Assembly (NCBI GenBank): GCA_001780275.1
Contig: MFGB01000022.1
Location: 1,249-65,248 of the forward strand
DNA from: Candidatus Falkowbacteria bacterium RIFOXYA2_FULL_47_19
GTDB lineage: Bacteria > Patescibacteriota > Patescibacteriia > Patescibacteriales > UBA12075
DNA length: 64,000 bases
Direction of reading: 5' to 3'
Position numbers and translations under genes: made by a program. How positions within the stretch are numbered: the first letter of the stretch is position 1; each line of letters opens with the position of its first letter. Shown here in pieces: positions 8,201-16,683 of this stretch. Below the pieces are notes generated by a model that saw nothing but the letters and a program-made list of their open reading frames with translations, ran no database searches and was not told where the DNA came from.

Positions 8201-11200
8201 TAAAAAAGTATTCCAACTGTTGCGCGGAATTCTCCGCGTACCCGGAGTTCGCCCAATCCGGATAGTACATCGCCGGCATATTCCCCTGCGCGCTATTTGC
8301 CTCTTCCCAGTGGAAACTGGGGCTGTCTTGGTCGTAATTCTGGATATTAATATTGGGTCTGGCGTCAGTTGTTGTTATGGCGTCATTATTGGCATACATC
8401 GTAAACCACTGCGCCAGCCGGTTTGTCGTAGTGGCCGTCCCAGACCATTCCGGAATTTCCATATTATAATCAAAGACCGGACAGGTGTTGTTCCTGGCGC
8501 AACTGGTATAAACTATGCTCGCCTGTCTGGTGCCGCGATCAGTACCGTTGGTAGAGTCCAGAGGATATATTACCGTATTGGTAATATTCTCCGAATCAGG
8601 ATCGTAAGTATAGGTCAAAATCAAAATCGCGCCAGCGTTAGCGATTGCCATCTTTGTGTTTGTGTTTTTCAGGTGGTAACCGACCTGAGCTTCCATTTCC
8701 GTTCCGCCGCCGGTATAGGCGGCTAATTGCGCCTCGTCTGTTATATCTAAAAGCAATCTGACGAAATTGCTTTCGCCGTTACCTGTGCCGGCGTCATCAT
8801 AAGAAAGAATGTTGGAATTATTTTCCAAAATAGCGCCCGTGCCGCTAAACGGATTTAAAGAACATCCGCCGGTTTCACAGGTGTCAAAACCAAGCCTGTA
8901 TCCGGTATAATCCGTATCGCTGATCACGGTATAAGCTTCGTATTGGGATTCAAAAATAATATACGCGTTTTTTATATCAACGCCCGTTTCCGCGAGTTTG
9001 AATTTAAAACTGGAAAAAGTATAATCCTGGTTCGTGTTTTGTCCGGTATTACCTCCGGCGGAATCATCGTTCCATGTTCCCGCCTGGAACATAACCGTCC
9101 GCGCCCGCTTGCGGACCGCGTCCGAAGCGATCTGCCAGCGGCGATTCTCAGAAGCTGAGCTTCCAATTGGAAGCTCAGCTTCTTTTAACGCCAGAGGCCC
9201 AACCAAATACAATTCCGGCGACCGGTCCGGCGCGTCGAACGTATAGCTTATTTCCAGCTCATCACCCGCGAAAATTTCCACATCCTGCCAAACCAATTTT
9301 TTCACCCCATCCTCTTCTATTTCGTAATACTTGTAGTTCGCACCGTACGGATCACGTCCGTCCGTATTCGACATTCGAAAATCGACATTCGAAATTTTGA
9401 ATCCCGTCGGCACAGATTCAACAATATCCCCCTTAAAATCTTCTCCCGGCTTAACAACAATCCTAAACCCATAGTCCGCCTTCGGCCAAATTCTGGTCGG
9501 GCCCAGGCGCTCTATATCGAACAAACGCTCCTCGGCGACGACTATCGTCTCTCTTATCTCTTTCTCTCCTGTCCGCATCGTAAATTCGTACTCGCCCGCC
9601 TCGCTGAAAACATAACGAACGTAATAATCCGGCTCGCTCGTCACCGTTTCCGGCCCGCACTGTTCGCTTAATTTTATGCCGCCGTTTTCGACCGTCAGCG
9701 TCTCGTCAATTCGTAATTCGTAATTCGTAATTCGTAATTCGGCGGCCGCGCCGCAAACCGTATGTCCGGATTCATCCAAAACTGCCATCTGGATATAAGC
9801 TTCTTCACTCGGGACATACATAGATTTATTAAAATTCATGGCCAGAACCCCCCAGGAAAAATCCTGCATTAACTCGAATTCTTCCACTTCCTCGCCGGAC
9901 CGGTCCGTGATATAGAACTTAACCGAATATTTTCCCGGTTTAAGTTTATCCGAAATTTCCGGCAATTTGATCGTAAATTCCCCGCCCTCGTCAAAGATCA
10001 AGGTCAAAGGATAATCGACTGCCGCGCCCGAGCTGTCGACTAGTACGGCCCGGATATCGACGTTTCTCCAGAAGTCTCCGAGGCCGATCATCTCGCCTAA
10101 AGTGTCCCAGATCCGATTCTCGTTCTTTTTGTATTTAAATATCATCTCCCCCTCTTCGTTAACACTGAAAGTTAATTGATCAGAAAGCAGGGTCAAAGCC
10201 TCTTCCCAGCGTTTTCTCTTCTCTAGCATATCAAGCTCGTCTTCGCTCTCGTATTCCGCCTCCACCCAGACGCTGTCCAAATAAGCAATAAATTCTATCT
10301 CTTCGTTAACCACGCCCTCGAATTTCAATTTTAAATTGCGGACATCGTCCCAATTCTCCAAAAAATCAGCTTTGTAACCGAAATAGCCATTATTAACGGC
10401 ATTCGACAAATTATCAGCAGTTAAAATATCTAATTGCTGCCAAATTTGATTGTCTTCCCCCGCTTCATCCTCTGTGGTGCTGGCGTTATCAAGCGAATAC
10501 CAGATAATAATCTTCGCGTTCTCCCGCAAAAATCCATTTTCCGCTAAAGCAGTTTTAGGCGCTGCTAAAATCCGATACAGATCAAAAAGCGTCAGCGGTT
10601 CAACACCGGTCTCATCCATAACCGGATCTTCATCTTCGTCATTTGTAATTCGTAATTCGTCATTCGTTATTAATTCGTCTTCGTCTTCTGTTATCTCTAT
10701 GGTTGGAGCGTTTTCCTCTGCCGGAGAAATATCGCCGCCGAAATTCGTAATTAGTAATTCGTTATTTTTACCCGCCGACTTGTCCGCCGACGCTTCATCC
10801 GTAGCCGGTTCTTCGTTTTCGTTATTCGACATTCGAAAATCGCCATTCGAAATTCCCATCTCCGGCACCAAAAACCCGTCATTAAGATCTATCACCTCCA
10901 CCACGCCTTCATCCGTCAAAACCTCGGAGTTTACCGGCGTTTCTTCCGGCGTTTCCCCACCGCTAGCATCTACTTCGTTATTACTCTCAATTTCTTCTTC
11001 ATCGGCCACGGCCCCCTCAGAAGATTCGCCGTCTTCGTCATTCGTCATTCGAAAATCGCCATTCGAAATTCCCGCTCTCCCTCCGGCCAGAGAAAATTTT
11101 ATCTTAGCGCCCGTGAATTTTCCTAAGTCTTCCAGGGTATCGATATTCTCGTTCGTTACCTCGTCGGCCAGAACCTCGCCGGCGTAAACTGCCGGAGTGC

Positions 11201-12131
11201 TTAAGAATTTTTTTGCCTCTCCGAACCAGGACACTTCTTCCATCTCAAGTTCCGCGTCAATGCCAATTTCAGTTTCGGCGGTTTCGGCGGAAGGCTCGTC
11301 AACCGCGCCGGTTTCCGGTTCCGTTGCGTTTACGCTCTCTTCCGATATAACATCGATCTCATCTTCCGTTTCGCCATTGCCGTCGTTTTCCGTTTCCGTC
11401 ACATCCACCGTACCGGCCCCATCCGTCCCGCTCTCATCAATAATTTCTACAACAGCCTCATCGGCAACCGTGTTCGCGCCATCATCATCGCCGTCCGATT
11501 CTTCCGGCGCCGTCTCGGGATTATTTTCGATTATTTCCGTAATTATATCTTCAACGCTTTCTTCCCGCTCTGAACTCGCATCTTCATCCATAATAACTCC
11601 GTTCTCCTCATAATTTCCGTTTTCTTTTTCATCTTCAGGCGCCAACGTATCCTGATCATCGCCAGATTCATCTATTTGAGCCTCCGGAGCCGGCTCGCTC
11701 TTTATGAACATGAACTCTCCGCAAACCAAACTATAATTCCCGCCAGAATAAAAAGCCGAATTAGTGTCGTTAAAAGCTAAAGCATCTTCCTCCGGCCCGG
11801 CCTCGGGCTCGCCTTGGGCTTTGTCCGCGTTCCACCATCCTTCCCTATAATTTTCCGATATAAATCCGGGCGCGCACTCGCCCGCGTACAGATCGATGGT
11901 CTTAGTATTATTATTTAAGGCCCGGGTCATGTTCCGGAAAATATTCCAGGGAGAAATTCCCGTGAGCAAACAGGCTAAAACCAATGCCCCGAAAACAAAA
12001 CGCCAGCCCCTCGGGATACACTTAAGTATCTTATATGGGCTGGCAATACCGAAGGAATCCGATTCCTTCGCAAGGAATCGAATTCCTTGTCTTTTGATAA
12101 AATTAAAATATTTTCTATTTTTAGCAAGCAT
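5292..12131 (-). CDS. Giant surface protein (2279 aa): TM anchor, acidic low-complexity region, FN3-like repeats
   Basis: ORF track. N-terminal TM FVFGALVLACLLTG; a D/E-rich region of about 450 aa; a central part paralogous to 1..4130; C-terminal FN3-like units (PTAPGALSLSARTGATTTLAFG..YKIFYQ; PTAPGILTQGEVTINSIKLIF..YKIFYK). Confidence 0.9.
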   Translation of the reverse strand: MLAKNRKYFNFIKRQGIRFLAKESDSFGIASPYKILKCIPRGWRFVFGALVLACLLTGISPWNIFRNMTRALNNNTKTIDLYAGECAPGFISENYREGWWNADKAQGEPEAGPEEDALAFNDTNSAFYSGGNYSLVCGEFMFIKSEPAPEAQIDESGDDQDTLAPEDEKENGNYEENGVIMDEDASSEREESVEDIITEIIENNPETAPEESDGDDDGANTVADEAVVEIIDESGTDGAGTVDVTETENDGNGETEDEIDVISEESVNATEPETGAVDEPSAETAETEIGIDAELEMEEVSWFGEAKKFLSTPAVYAGEVLADEVTNENIDTLEDLGKFTGAKIKFSLAGGRAGISNGDFRMTNDEDGESSEGAVADEEEIESNNEVDASGGETPEETPVNSEVLTDEGVVEVIDLNDGFLVPEMGISNGDFRMSNNENEEPATDEASADKSAGKNNELLITNFGGDISPAEENAPTIEITEDEDELITNDELRITNDEDEDPVMDETGVEPLTLFDLYRILAAPKTALAENGFLRENAKIIIWYSLDNASTTEDEAGEDNQIWQQLDILTADNLSNAVNNGYFGYKADFLENWDDVRNLKLKFEGVVNEEIEFIAYLDSVWVEAEYESEDELDMLEKRKRWEEALTLLSDQLTFSVNEEGEMIFKYKKNENRIWDTLGEMIGLGDFWRNVDIRAVLVDSSGAAVDYPLTLIFDEGGEFTIKLPEISDKLKPGKYSVKFYITDRSGEEVEEFELMQDFSWGVLAMNFNKSMYVPSEEAYIQMAVLDESGHTVCGAAAELRITNYELRIDETLTVENGGIKLSEQCGPETVTSEPDYYVRYVFSEAGEYEFTMRTGEKEIRETIVVAEERLFDIERLGPTRIWPKADYGFRIVVKPGEDFKGDIVESVPTGFKISNVDFRMSNTDGRDPYGANYKYYEIEEDGVKKLVWQDVEIFAGDELEISYTFDAPDRSPELYLVGPLALKEAELPIGSSASENRRWQIASDAVRKRARTVMFQAGTWNDDSAGGNTGQNTNQDYTFSSFKFKLAETGVDIKNAYIIFESQYEAYTVISDTDYTGYRLGFDTCETGGCSLNPFSGTGAILENNSNILSYDDAGTGNGESNFVRLLLDITDEAQLAAYTGGGTEMEAQVGYHLKNTNTKMAIANAGAILILTYTYDPDSENITNTVIYPLDSTNGTDRGTRQASIVYTSCARNNTCPVFDYNMEIPEWSGTATTTNRLAQWFTMYANNDAITTTDARPNINIQNYDQDSPSFHWEEANSAQGNMPAMYYPDWANSGYAENSAQQLEYFFNIGTFYSLGGEVTETYIASSAAPIKTKTVSFPIGVINNGATLSLSSASTNVYFPENGASTGIVSVKSAWFRIIAQNPNTAALSVSVSSKVGDNATTTPNLVYAYNGDGAVIKPSYNIIHIIPASDYAELESANANTAKEVKINTTFNTTTFGGISAELMITYTYTDESGGYLTSINLFGGQSSESPITGTTTMTARSVMPETTGKQIMAGGLLASFLNSYSTKDVPAGTVYYVDANLSVGNPTCTNNYRLEPDDFNSFSEFYKDVTASLNTTDNQSYNACYSDDTTLTATDGAKLNGQLIYTYGWTNSPPTGSFITASTTQKTDMSGTVDIGLEVDDPDDHDLRVKIEFATGTACVFTTGNPVLDETDGNITADWGDPYIDNSETYQIGTVDGYIVTASGSNSVFFDWSARESLGAVEGDYCLQITANDLNLDQETPATTTVYIDTKNPTAPGALSLSARTGATTTLAFGATTTETNFVEYKIFYQLYDGTDPTEADSVFSSSSDPSLGDKFFLSAATTSIGNLSPKTTYSFAIWAYDENGNRASSTRVDIMTNDAPLGGFNLANIGQRTDGSGIVDISIEVDDANNDDTCRAKIEYAEGAACDFTESLDPTLDPTSVTRDFGLAEIDNNYPYQVGTSSSDHWILTSPGSNTITFDWFGKTDEPYASSTHCLRLTVNDGLDDQLVATTVTLIIDNYDPTAPGILTQGEVTINSIKLIFDTASPATDTNEPATNAYKIFYKKGAAGVVDYVVGDNLEHDDAALDSYNYNDVSSTTVSGLDSDTWYYFNIWSYDAFGNKATSSEISIKTNSTVSNDALTFTNPEAGNIAIAGTSTEWNFRVVVSETNGYQALASTTLRLADNLDSASPFSDLVFYWDQTADAFYEIGTDALDSAELSVNSDSNCAGTTCTLDFKILFNKTFALTATNYTVEVISGNDSGRFDSDTYADIFQVRFPYVEQVHYRWRNDDGGE
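9150..9183. repeat. Perfect 34-nt palindrome inside the giant ORF
   Basis: AGAAGCTGAGCTTCCAA|TTGGAAGCTCAGCTTCT, with no mismatch. It encodes EAELPIGSSAS, immediately N-terminal of ENRRWQIASD. Confidence 0.95.
9366..9396. repeat. 7-nt-phased repeat, subfamily A (ATTCGACATTCGAAAATCGACATTCGAAATT)
   Basis: ATTCGA/AATCGA boxes at offsets 1, 8, 15 and 22. Translated as ISNVDFRMSN. Confidence 0.9.
9708..9741. repeat. Heptamer tandem repeat (AATTCGT), about 4.9 units
   Basis: Exact 7-nt units at 9708, 9715, 9722, 9729 and 9736. Translated as ELRITNYELRI. Confidence 0.95.
10639..10679. repeat. Degenerate heptamer repeat (ATTTGT/ATTCGT boxes)
   Basis: Boxes are 7 nt apart at 10641, 10648, 10655 and 10662. 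Translated as ELITNDELRITNDE. Confidence 0.8.
10742..10766. repeat. Heptamer repeat AATTCGT/AATTAGT/AATTCGT
   Basis: Three 7-nt units. Translated as NELLITNF. Confidence 0.85.
10824..10854. repeat. 7-nt-phased repeat, subfamily A
   Basis: ATTCGACATTCGAAAATCGCCATTCGAAATT. Translated as ISNGDFRMSN. It has 1 mismatch to 9366-9396. Confidence 0.9.
11040..11070. repeat. 7-nt-phased repeat, subfamily A
   Basis: ATTCGTCATTCGAAAATCGCCATTCGAAATT. Translated as ISNGDFRMTN. Confidence 0.9.
12051..12089. repeat. Twin 19-nt palindromes in the 5' coding region of the giant ORF
   Basis: GAAGGAAT-CCG-ATTCCTTC, then CAAGGAAT-CGA-ATTCCTTG (20-nt offset). Translated as LAKESDSFGI. Confidence 0.85.
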
Positions 12132-12325
12132 GGGGATGCTTTAAAAGATGAATGTTAAATTCAGAATGCAGAATACGCCGCATTTTATCATTTCAACCGA
12201 AGGGAGAAATCTATAATATGCGATTAATAGCATTAACGCTGTATTATAGATCTCTCGGCTTCGCCTCGAGATGACAAAAACAAAATTTTGACTTCACGAA
12301 AGCTCTAAAATTAAGGCGCGGAAGA

Positions 12326-12754
12326 TTAAAATGACAAACCCTTCTCTTGATCGGCCGCTGTGGGGACAACGGACGAATCAACATTTTTATAATCAAACAA
12401 ACTATAAAAAATAAACCAGCTCAAAAACAAAAAACTGATAATAATTATTATCAGTATCGGTAAAGCATGTTTAAAAGTCTGAAAAAAAAGCTTTAAAATA
12501 TTCATTTCCATGGCGATCTTACGGCGGCTGTTTTTAATTTTGTCCCCCAAAGTTTCCCGGCTGCTTTCAGTTTTGCCCCCGGCCTTATAATCCATTACCG
12601 CCTTAGCCGTGGTCATCCAGGCAATATTCGAATACACCTGACGACCCGGAATCTTACCGGCGCGGATAAGCTGGCCGATATAATCGGCGCTATAGCCGGA
12701 TATTTTCGCCGCTTCTTTAAGGCTGATTAGGTTTTTATCGTCCAAACCCATCAA
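12326..12754 (-). CDS. Membrane-anchored helix-turn-helix protein
   Basis: The N-terminal LISLKEAAKISGYSADYIGQLIRAGKIPG looks like a MerR/excisionase-type HTH. C-terminal TM LPILIIIIISFLFLSWFIFYSLF. It lies directly upstream of the giant ORF on the same strand. Confidence 0.65.
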   Translation of the reverse strand: MMGLDDKNLISLKEAAKISGYSADYIGQLIRAGKIPGRQVYSNIAWMTTAKAVMDYKAGGKTESSRETLGDKIKNSRRKIAMEMNILKLFFQTFKHALPILIIIIISFLFLSWFIFYSLFDYKNVDSSVVPTAADQEKGLSF

Positions 12755-12933
12755 AATCTAAAAAATACTCGACCCGCCTTAAAAAATATGATATTTTAGT
12801 GAATTTTAGGCAATTCAGCTTAATCAAAATAGCTAAAATTACATAAAATACATTATTCTCGACAGGCAGATACTGAATATTTCCTGTTTATCTAATATTA
12901 TTTTATTTTTTGAATTTTATCCTTATATTAAAT

Positions 12934-12996
12934 AATCTCGACCCTCGAGAAATGCTATTATAAAGGATTTTGATATAAATCTCGACCCTCGAGAAA
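12934..12996. promoter_or_regulatory. Two identical 19-nt boxes AATCTCGACCCTCGAGAAA (inverted-repeat core TCTCGA-CCC-TCGAGA)
   Basis: Exact copies at 12934-12952 and 12978-12996. Looser CTCGAC boxes sit near 12766 and 12856. All are in the AT-rich region upstream of the HTH gene. Confidence 0.5.
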
Positions 12997-13170
12997 AATA
13001 CCTCCGTAATGTTATTATAACATTATAGAATGGTAAAATGCAAGTTAACATATAATTCATCAACTTTGATTTTTTATATTTTTTTATTTAATATAAGTAA
13101 AAATTATTTAAAAAATTACTTCATCTGCTTTTGGGTCATTTTTAGTATTATTTTTTGTGGATAAGTTAAA

Positions 13171-13192
13171 CAAAAAAGAGCGTTTACGCTCT
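13171..13192 (-). terminator. Rho-independent terminator of the GNAT gene
   Basis: AGAGCG-TTTA-CGCTCT, followed on the minus strand by TTTTTTG. Confidence 0.7.
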
Positions 13193-13213
13193 GTCTACTT
13201 TCTGATATAACGA

Positions 13214-13642
13214 TTAATTTAATTCTTTAACGAAAAAATTCGTGTCTTTTTTTATGAATCCTTCTGTTAAATAAATATGTATGGCTTCTGCTCTTTTATT
13301 ATTGCTTGTTAGCCAAATACTTGCGGCTTTTTTTTGCCTGGCGATAGCAATAAGCTCTTCAATTAGTTTCCGGCCCCAGCCTTGGCCGCTGTATTCCCCG
13401 GAAACGACCACCTCCTGAATCGTACCGGTTAAACCATCCATCGGCGTTTGATAAAATATGATCGCTCCGAAACCGGCTATTTTGCCCTTGGTCTTATCCT
13501 CCAGAACCACTCCGCGGCAATTACTATCGCTAACGAACAAATTTATATCCCATTGCGGACTTCTGCTTGCCGTTAATCTCGCTTTCCATAAAACCAACAG
13601 TTCCTGTTCGTCTTCGATTTTTAAATCTCGGAATTCAAGCAT
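13214..13642 (-). CDS. GNAT-family N-acetyltransferase
   Basis: VVVSGEYSGQGWGRKLIEELIAIARQKK matches the acetyl-CoA-binding motif A (Q/RxxGxG/A). 142 aa. Confidence 0.8.
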   Translation of the reverse strand: MLEFRDLKIEDEQELLVLWKARLTASRSPQWDINLFVSDSNCRGVVLEDKTKGKIAGFGAIIFYQTPMDGLTGTIQEVVVSGEYSGQGWGRKLIEELIAIARQKKAASIWLTSNNKRAEAIHIYLTEGFIKKDTNFFVKELN

Positions 13643-13770
13643 ATCCTACCTCCCTTATTTGATTTTTTATTTTGCTTTTTTCTATTAATCATGATATTTT
13701 TAATTTAACATTAGTTTATTAAAAAAGCAACCCTAAGTATACGGTTCTTTTAAATCGATTGGAGAAAAAT

Positions 13771-14451
13771 ATGTGCCAGGTGCCGAAAGCTTTCAAACAG
13801 AACAGCTTTATCATTAAATTGCTTGAAGCCATCGAGGAACAGACCGGATGGAAAGATAAATACGGCGAATATAAATTCGTGCCCATGGAAAGCATCCCGC
13901 CCCGCTTCCACGATCCCTCCCGATCCGATATTAATTCCGCTATTTACATGCTTATTTACATGATCAATCTCTGCTATCAGTCAACGCTTGAAAATGATGA
14001 AGACGCTAAATTGGAAAAATGGCTTTACGAAAACATAGACAAAAAGTTCCCGAATGACATAAATTACGCGGCCAACGCCCTCGTCAATATCGCGCAAATC
14101 ATCGCTCTCCGGAATCCAGTAACCGCCTATTATCTGGGTTTGGCGAAACAAGCCGTTCCGGAAAAGAATTTAGGGTCCAATCTTTGGAAGATAATCCTCG
14201 ATGTTACGGTTAATATGTTTTTGAACAATTTGCGGGGAAGACAGATTTCGGCCGAGGAATTTAAACGCATTTTCGAACGGCGCATGGAGGAATTGGGTAA
14301 TAACCTGCAAAATTTCATCATCGAAAAAAGAAATACCCAGTTAAGCAAGCTTCACTTTACCGGTACGCGCAATCCGGTTTTGGATGAAACCAATCCCTGG
14401 GCCCATTATCTGGCAGAATCAAAAAACGGCCAAAAGAAGAAAAAGAACTGA
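13771..14451 (+). CDS. Hypothetical protein
   Basis: ORF track (13759..14451). The ATG at 13771 is preceded by GGAGAAAAAT and is the more likely start. No motif recognised. Confidence 0.6.
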   Translation: MCQVPKAFKQNSFIIKLLEAIEEQTGWKDKYGEYKFVPMESIPPRFHDPSRSDINSAIYMLIYMINLCYQSTLENDEDAKLEKWLYENIDKKFPNDINYAANALVNIAQIIALRNPVTAYYLGLAKQAVPEKNLGSNLWKIILDVTVNMFLNNLRGRQISAEEFKRIFERRMEELGNNLQNFIIEKRNTQLSKLHFTGTRNPVLDETNPWAHYLAESKNGQKKKKN

Positions 14452-14469
14452 TCGAAAAAATAAAGACAT

Positions 14470-14498
14470 AGTCCCTTTGAAACGGGGACTGTTTTTTT
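14470..14498 (+). terminator. Rho-independent terminator
   Basis: AGTCCC-TTTGAAACG-GGGACT followed by a T7 run. Confidence 0.8.
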
Positions 14499-14854
14499 AT
14501 AGATCGGGGTCAATATTTTTTTGCCTTTTGACAAATACTACGGTTTATACCGCCCCCCAAAGCATTCTTCACACCTTATTAACATTAATGCATATATAAA
14601 AAATTTCACAACCAGCCGCAAATATTCATAAAATATTTTATCTAATATTATTATACAAACCCTTTATTTTTGACCTTGCTCGTCGTTCTAAAATCGTTGA
14701 CAAAAAACTATTTGGAACGTCCTTAATTTGATATAATTAAAGAAATATTAGAGGACTCGAAGAACTGCGCTAACGCGGAAGATCCCCCCGCTCCGATCTC
14801 AAACAACAAAGTTCTTTCACAATTTATTCCCCATGTTCAGGAAAAGGAGTTTTT

Positions 14855-15166
14855 ATGTGGCTGGGCGTAAATTATGCCGTTTTGATCATTGCGATAGTCA
14901 TCATAACGAAGCAGACCCGCGATATCGTAAAATTTCGAAAATGCACTTACAACATAAGCCTGAATCTTCTTTACGCATTTGCCATGTGTGCTTTTTCCGC
15001 TTTTCTATCGGCAAAGGGTTGGCTCTGTTTATTGAGTCTGATCGCCTTAACGGCGGTTTTAACGCTGATCGGTATTTTTTTCTGGCTAGTCAACATCGAT
15101 CCCGCGGAATCCGGCTTTCCTGATGATCCGGAAACTGACGATGGAACGGAAGCTGACAACGGATAA
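14855..15166 (+). CDS. Small membrane protein (about 3 TM) with an acidic tail
   Basis: AAGGAG lies 6 nt upstream of the ATG. Hydrophobic segments VNYAVLIIAIVIIT, LLYAFAMCAFSAFL and LCLLSLIALTAVLTLIGIFFWL. Confidence 0.65.
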   Translation: MWLGVNYAVLIIAIVIITKQTRDIVKFRKCTYNISLNLLYAFAMCAFSAFLSAKGWLCLLSLIALTAVLTLIGIFFWLVNIDPAESGFPDDPETDDGTEADNG

Positions 15167-15225
15167 CGGACGCCCGAACGATTCGGACGAAAAACTAAAC
15201 ATTCAAACCGAAGGAGGGCGTTTCC

Positions 15226-16683
15226 ATGAAAAAGGCATCTCGGACCAAAAAATATATCATCACGGCCGCCCAGGGCTGCTACTGCGAAAATAAAGACGGC
15301 AATCTCGAGCCTTTCGGCGGCGGCCGGGCCAAAGCTCTACCGCACGAAAATTTTATCGCCGGCCTCGAAACGATAGCCGGGGAGAGAGGCGCGGAAACCA
15401 TTATCCAGCCGATCGCCGGAAAAAATAAACGGGAAAGCTTCCTGCACGAGTCGTTGCAGGAACGAAACGATATCTTCTGGGGAGAGCTTAAAATCCTCAA
15501 CCGCAATATCCAGCTTCGGAATATCGTCGTTCCGGCCCAGAACGTAGACCCGACTACGGGTAAAAAAACCCTGGTTTCCAAGTACGGTTCTTCTCTGGTT
15601 TTCGCGCATTCGAAGCAGCGCTATCTGCCCGTACCGGTATTTAACGCCGACCTGCCGCGCTATATCTATACGACAGGCGCCTGTACCCTGCCCAACTACG
15701 ACGTTTCCAATCATCGCGGCGATACAGCTGAAAGAACTCACGTTATCGGCGCCCTGATCGTCGAAATAGTCGATGAATCCTGCTATAACGTCAGAAACCT
15801 GCGAGCGCTCAAAAACGGCAAATTCGTCGATCTGGGCTGGGAGTACGACGGCGACAAGGCACCACGAAGAATTGGCGTTGATTCGCTCGTTTTAGGCGAT
15901 ACCCACTGGGGCGACCATGACCCGGAAACGAACCGGGCAAACTATGAAATGATCAAATATTTCCGGCCCAGAAGGATCTTTCTGCATGATTTTTTCAACG
16001 GCTCGAGCGTCAATCATCACCAGAAAGACAACTATCTGGAAAAGATCCGGGAATACAACCGGGGCCGTCTCTTCCTTGACACCGAGCTTAAAGAAGATCG
16101 CAAGGAATTGATCCGATTATCCAGGGCAGCCGGAAGCAAAACCCAAATATTCGTCGTTTCCTCGAACCACGCCCAATTCCTGCCGACCTATATCAATAGC
16201 GACGCCTGGCGGAAAAACAATCTCTGGAACGCCGATATTGGCGCCTATCTTTTTCAAAAAGGCATTACCCTGGCCCAGGAAGAAAAAGACATTGATGATG
16301 CTTCTTATTTGATCGAAGAGGGCATGAAAAGACACGGGCCAATTCCCGCTAACGTCCAATTCCTCCGTCTGAAAGACAATATGCGGCGGCACGGCTATCA
16401 GCTGGCCAGCCACGGACACAAAGGATCGCATGGATCCCGCGGCGGCGGAGCCAAGGCGCGGGAAATCACCGGCGGCGGAAAAAGTATTACCGCTCACAGC
16501 CACTGCATGGAGATCTACGGCGATACCAATATCGTCGGCACGTCCAGTCAGCTGAATCTTCCCTATACGCTCGGAGGCGGTTCCGCCTGGATCGCGGCTA
16601 ACGCTGTCCTTTACGACAACGGCATCGTTCAGATGATCCCGATCATCAACGGCCATTGGCGGCTGCAGGGAAAATATCTCTAG
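15226..16683 (+). CDS. Metallophosphoesterase-like protein (485 aa)
   Basis: LVLGDTHWGDHD (GDxHxG), VVSSNHAQF (GNH-like), LASHGHKG, ITAHSHCM (GHxH-like). A GGAGGG Shine-Dalgarno sequence lies upstream. Confidence 0.65.
   Translation: MKKASRTKKYIITAAQGCYCENKDGNLEPFGGGRAKALPHENFIAGLETIAGERGAETIIQPIAGKNKRESFLHESLQERNDIFWGELKILNRNIQLRNIVVPAQNVDPTTGKKTLVSKYGSSLVFAHSKQRYLPVPVFNADLPRYIYTTGACTLPNYDVSNHRGDTAERTHVIGALIVEIVDESCYNVRNLRALKNGKFVDLGWEYDGDKAPRRIGVDSLVLGDTHWGDHDPETNRANYEMIKYFRPRRIFLHDFFNGSSVNHHQKDNYLEKIREYNRGRLFLDTELKEDRKELIRLSRAAGSKTQIFVVSSNHAQFLPTYINSDAWRKNNLWNADIGAYLFQKGITLAQEEKDIDDASYLIEEGMKRHGPIPANVQFLRLKDNMRRHGYQLASHGHKGSHGSRGGGAKAREITGGGKSITAHSHCMEIYGDTNIVGTSSQLNLPYTLGGGSAWIAANAVLYDNGIVQMIPIINGHWRLQGKYL

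Noticed and set aside
10450-11613. Ser-rich + strand ORFs 10450..11187 and 11197..11613.
   Set aside because: They are antisense shadows of the D/E-rich region of the 2279-aa gene (GAx/GAA codons read backwards give Ser/Phe).
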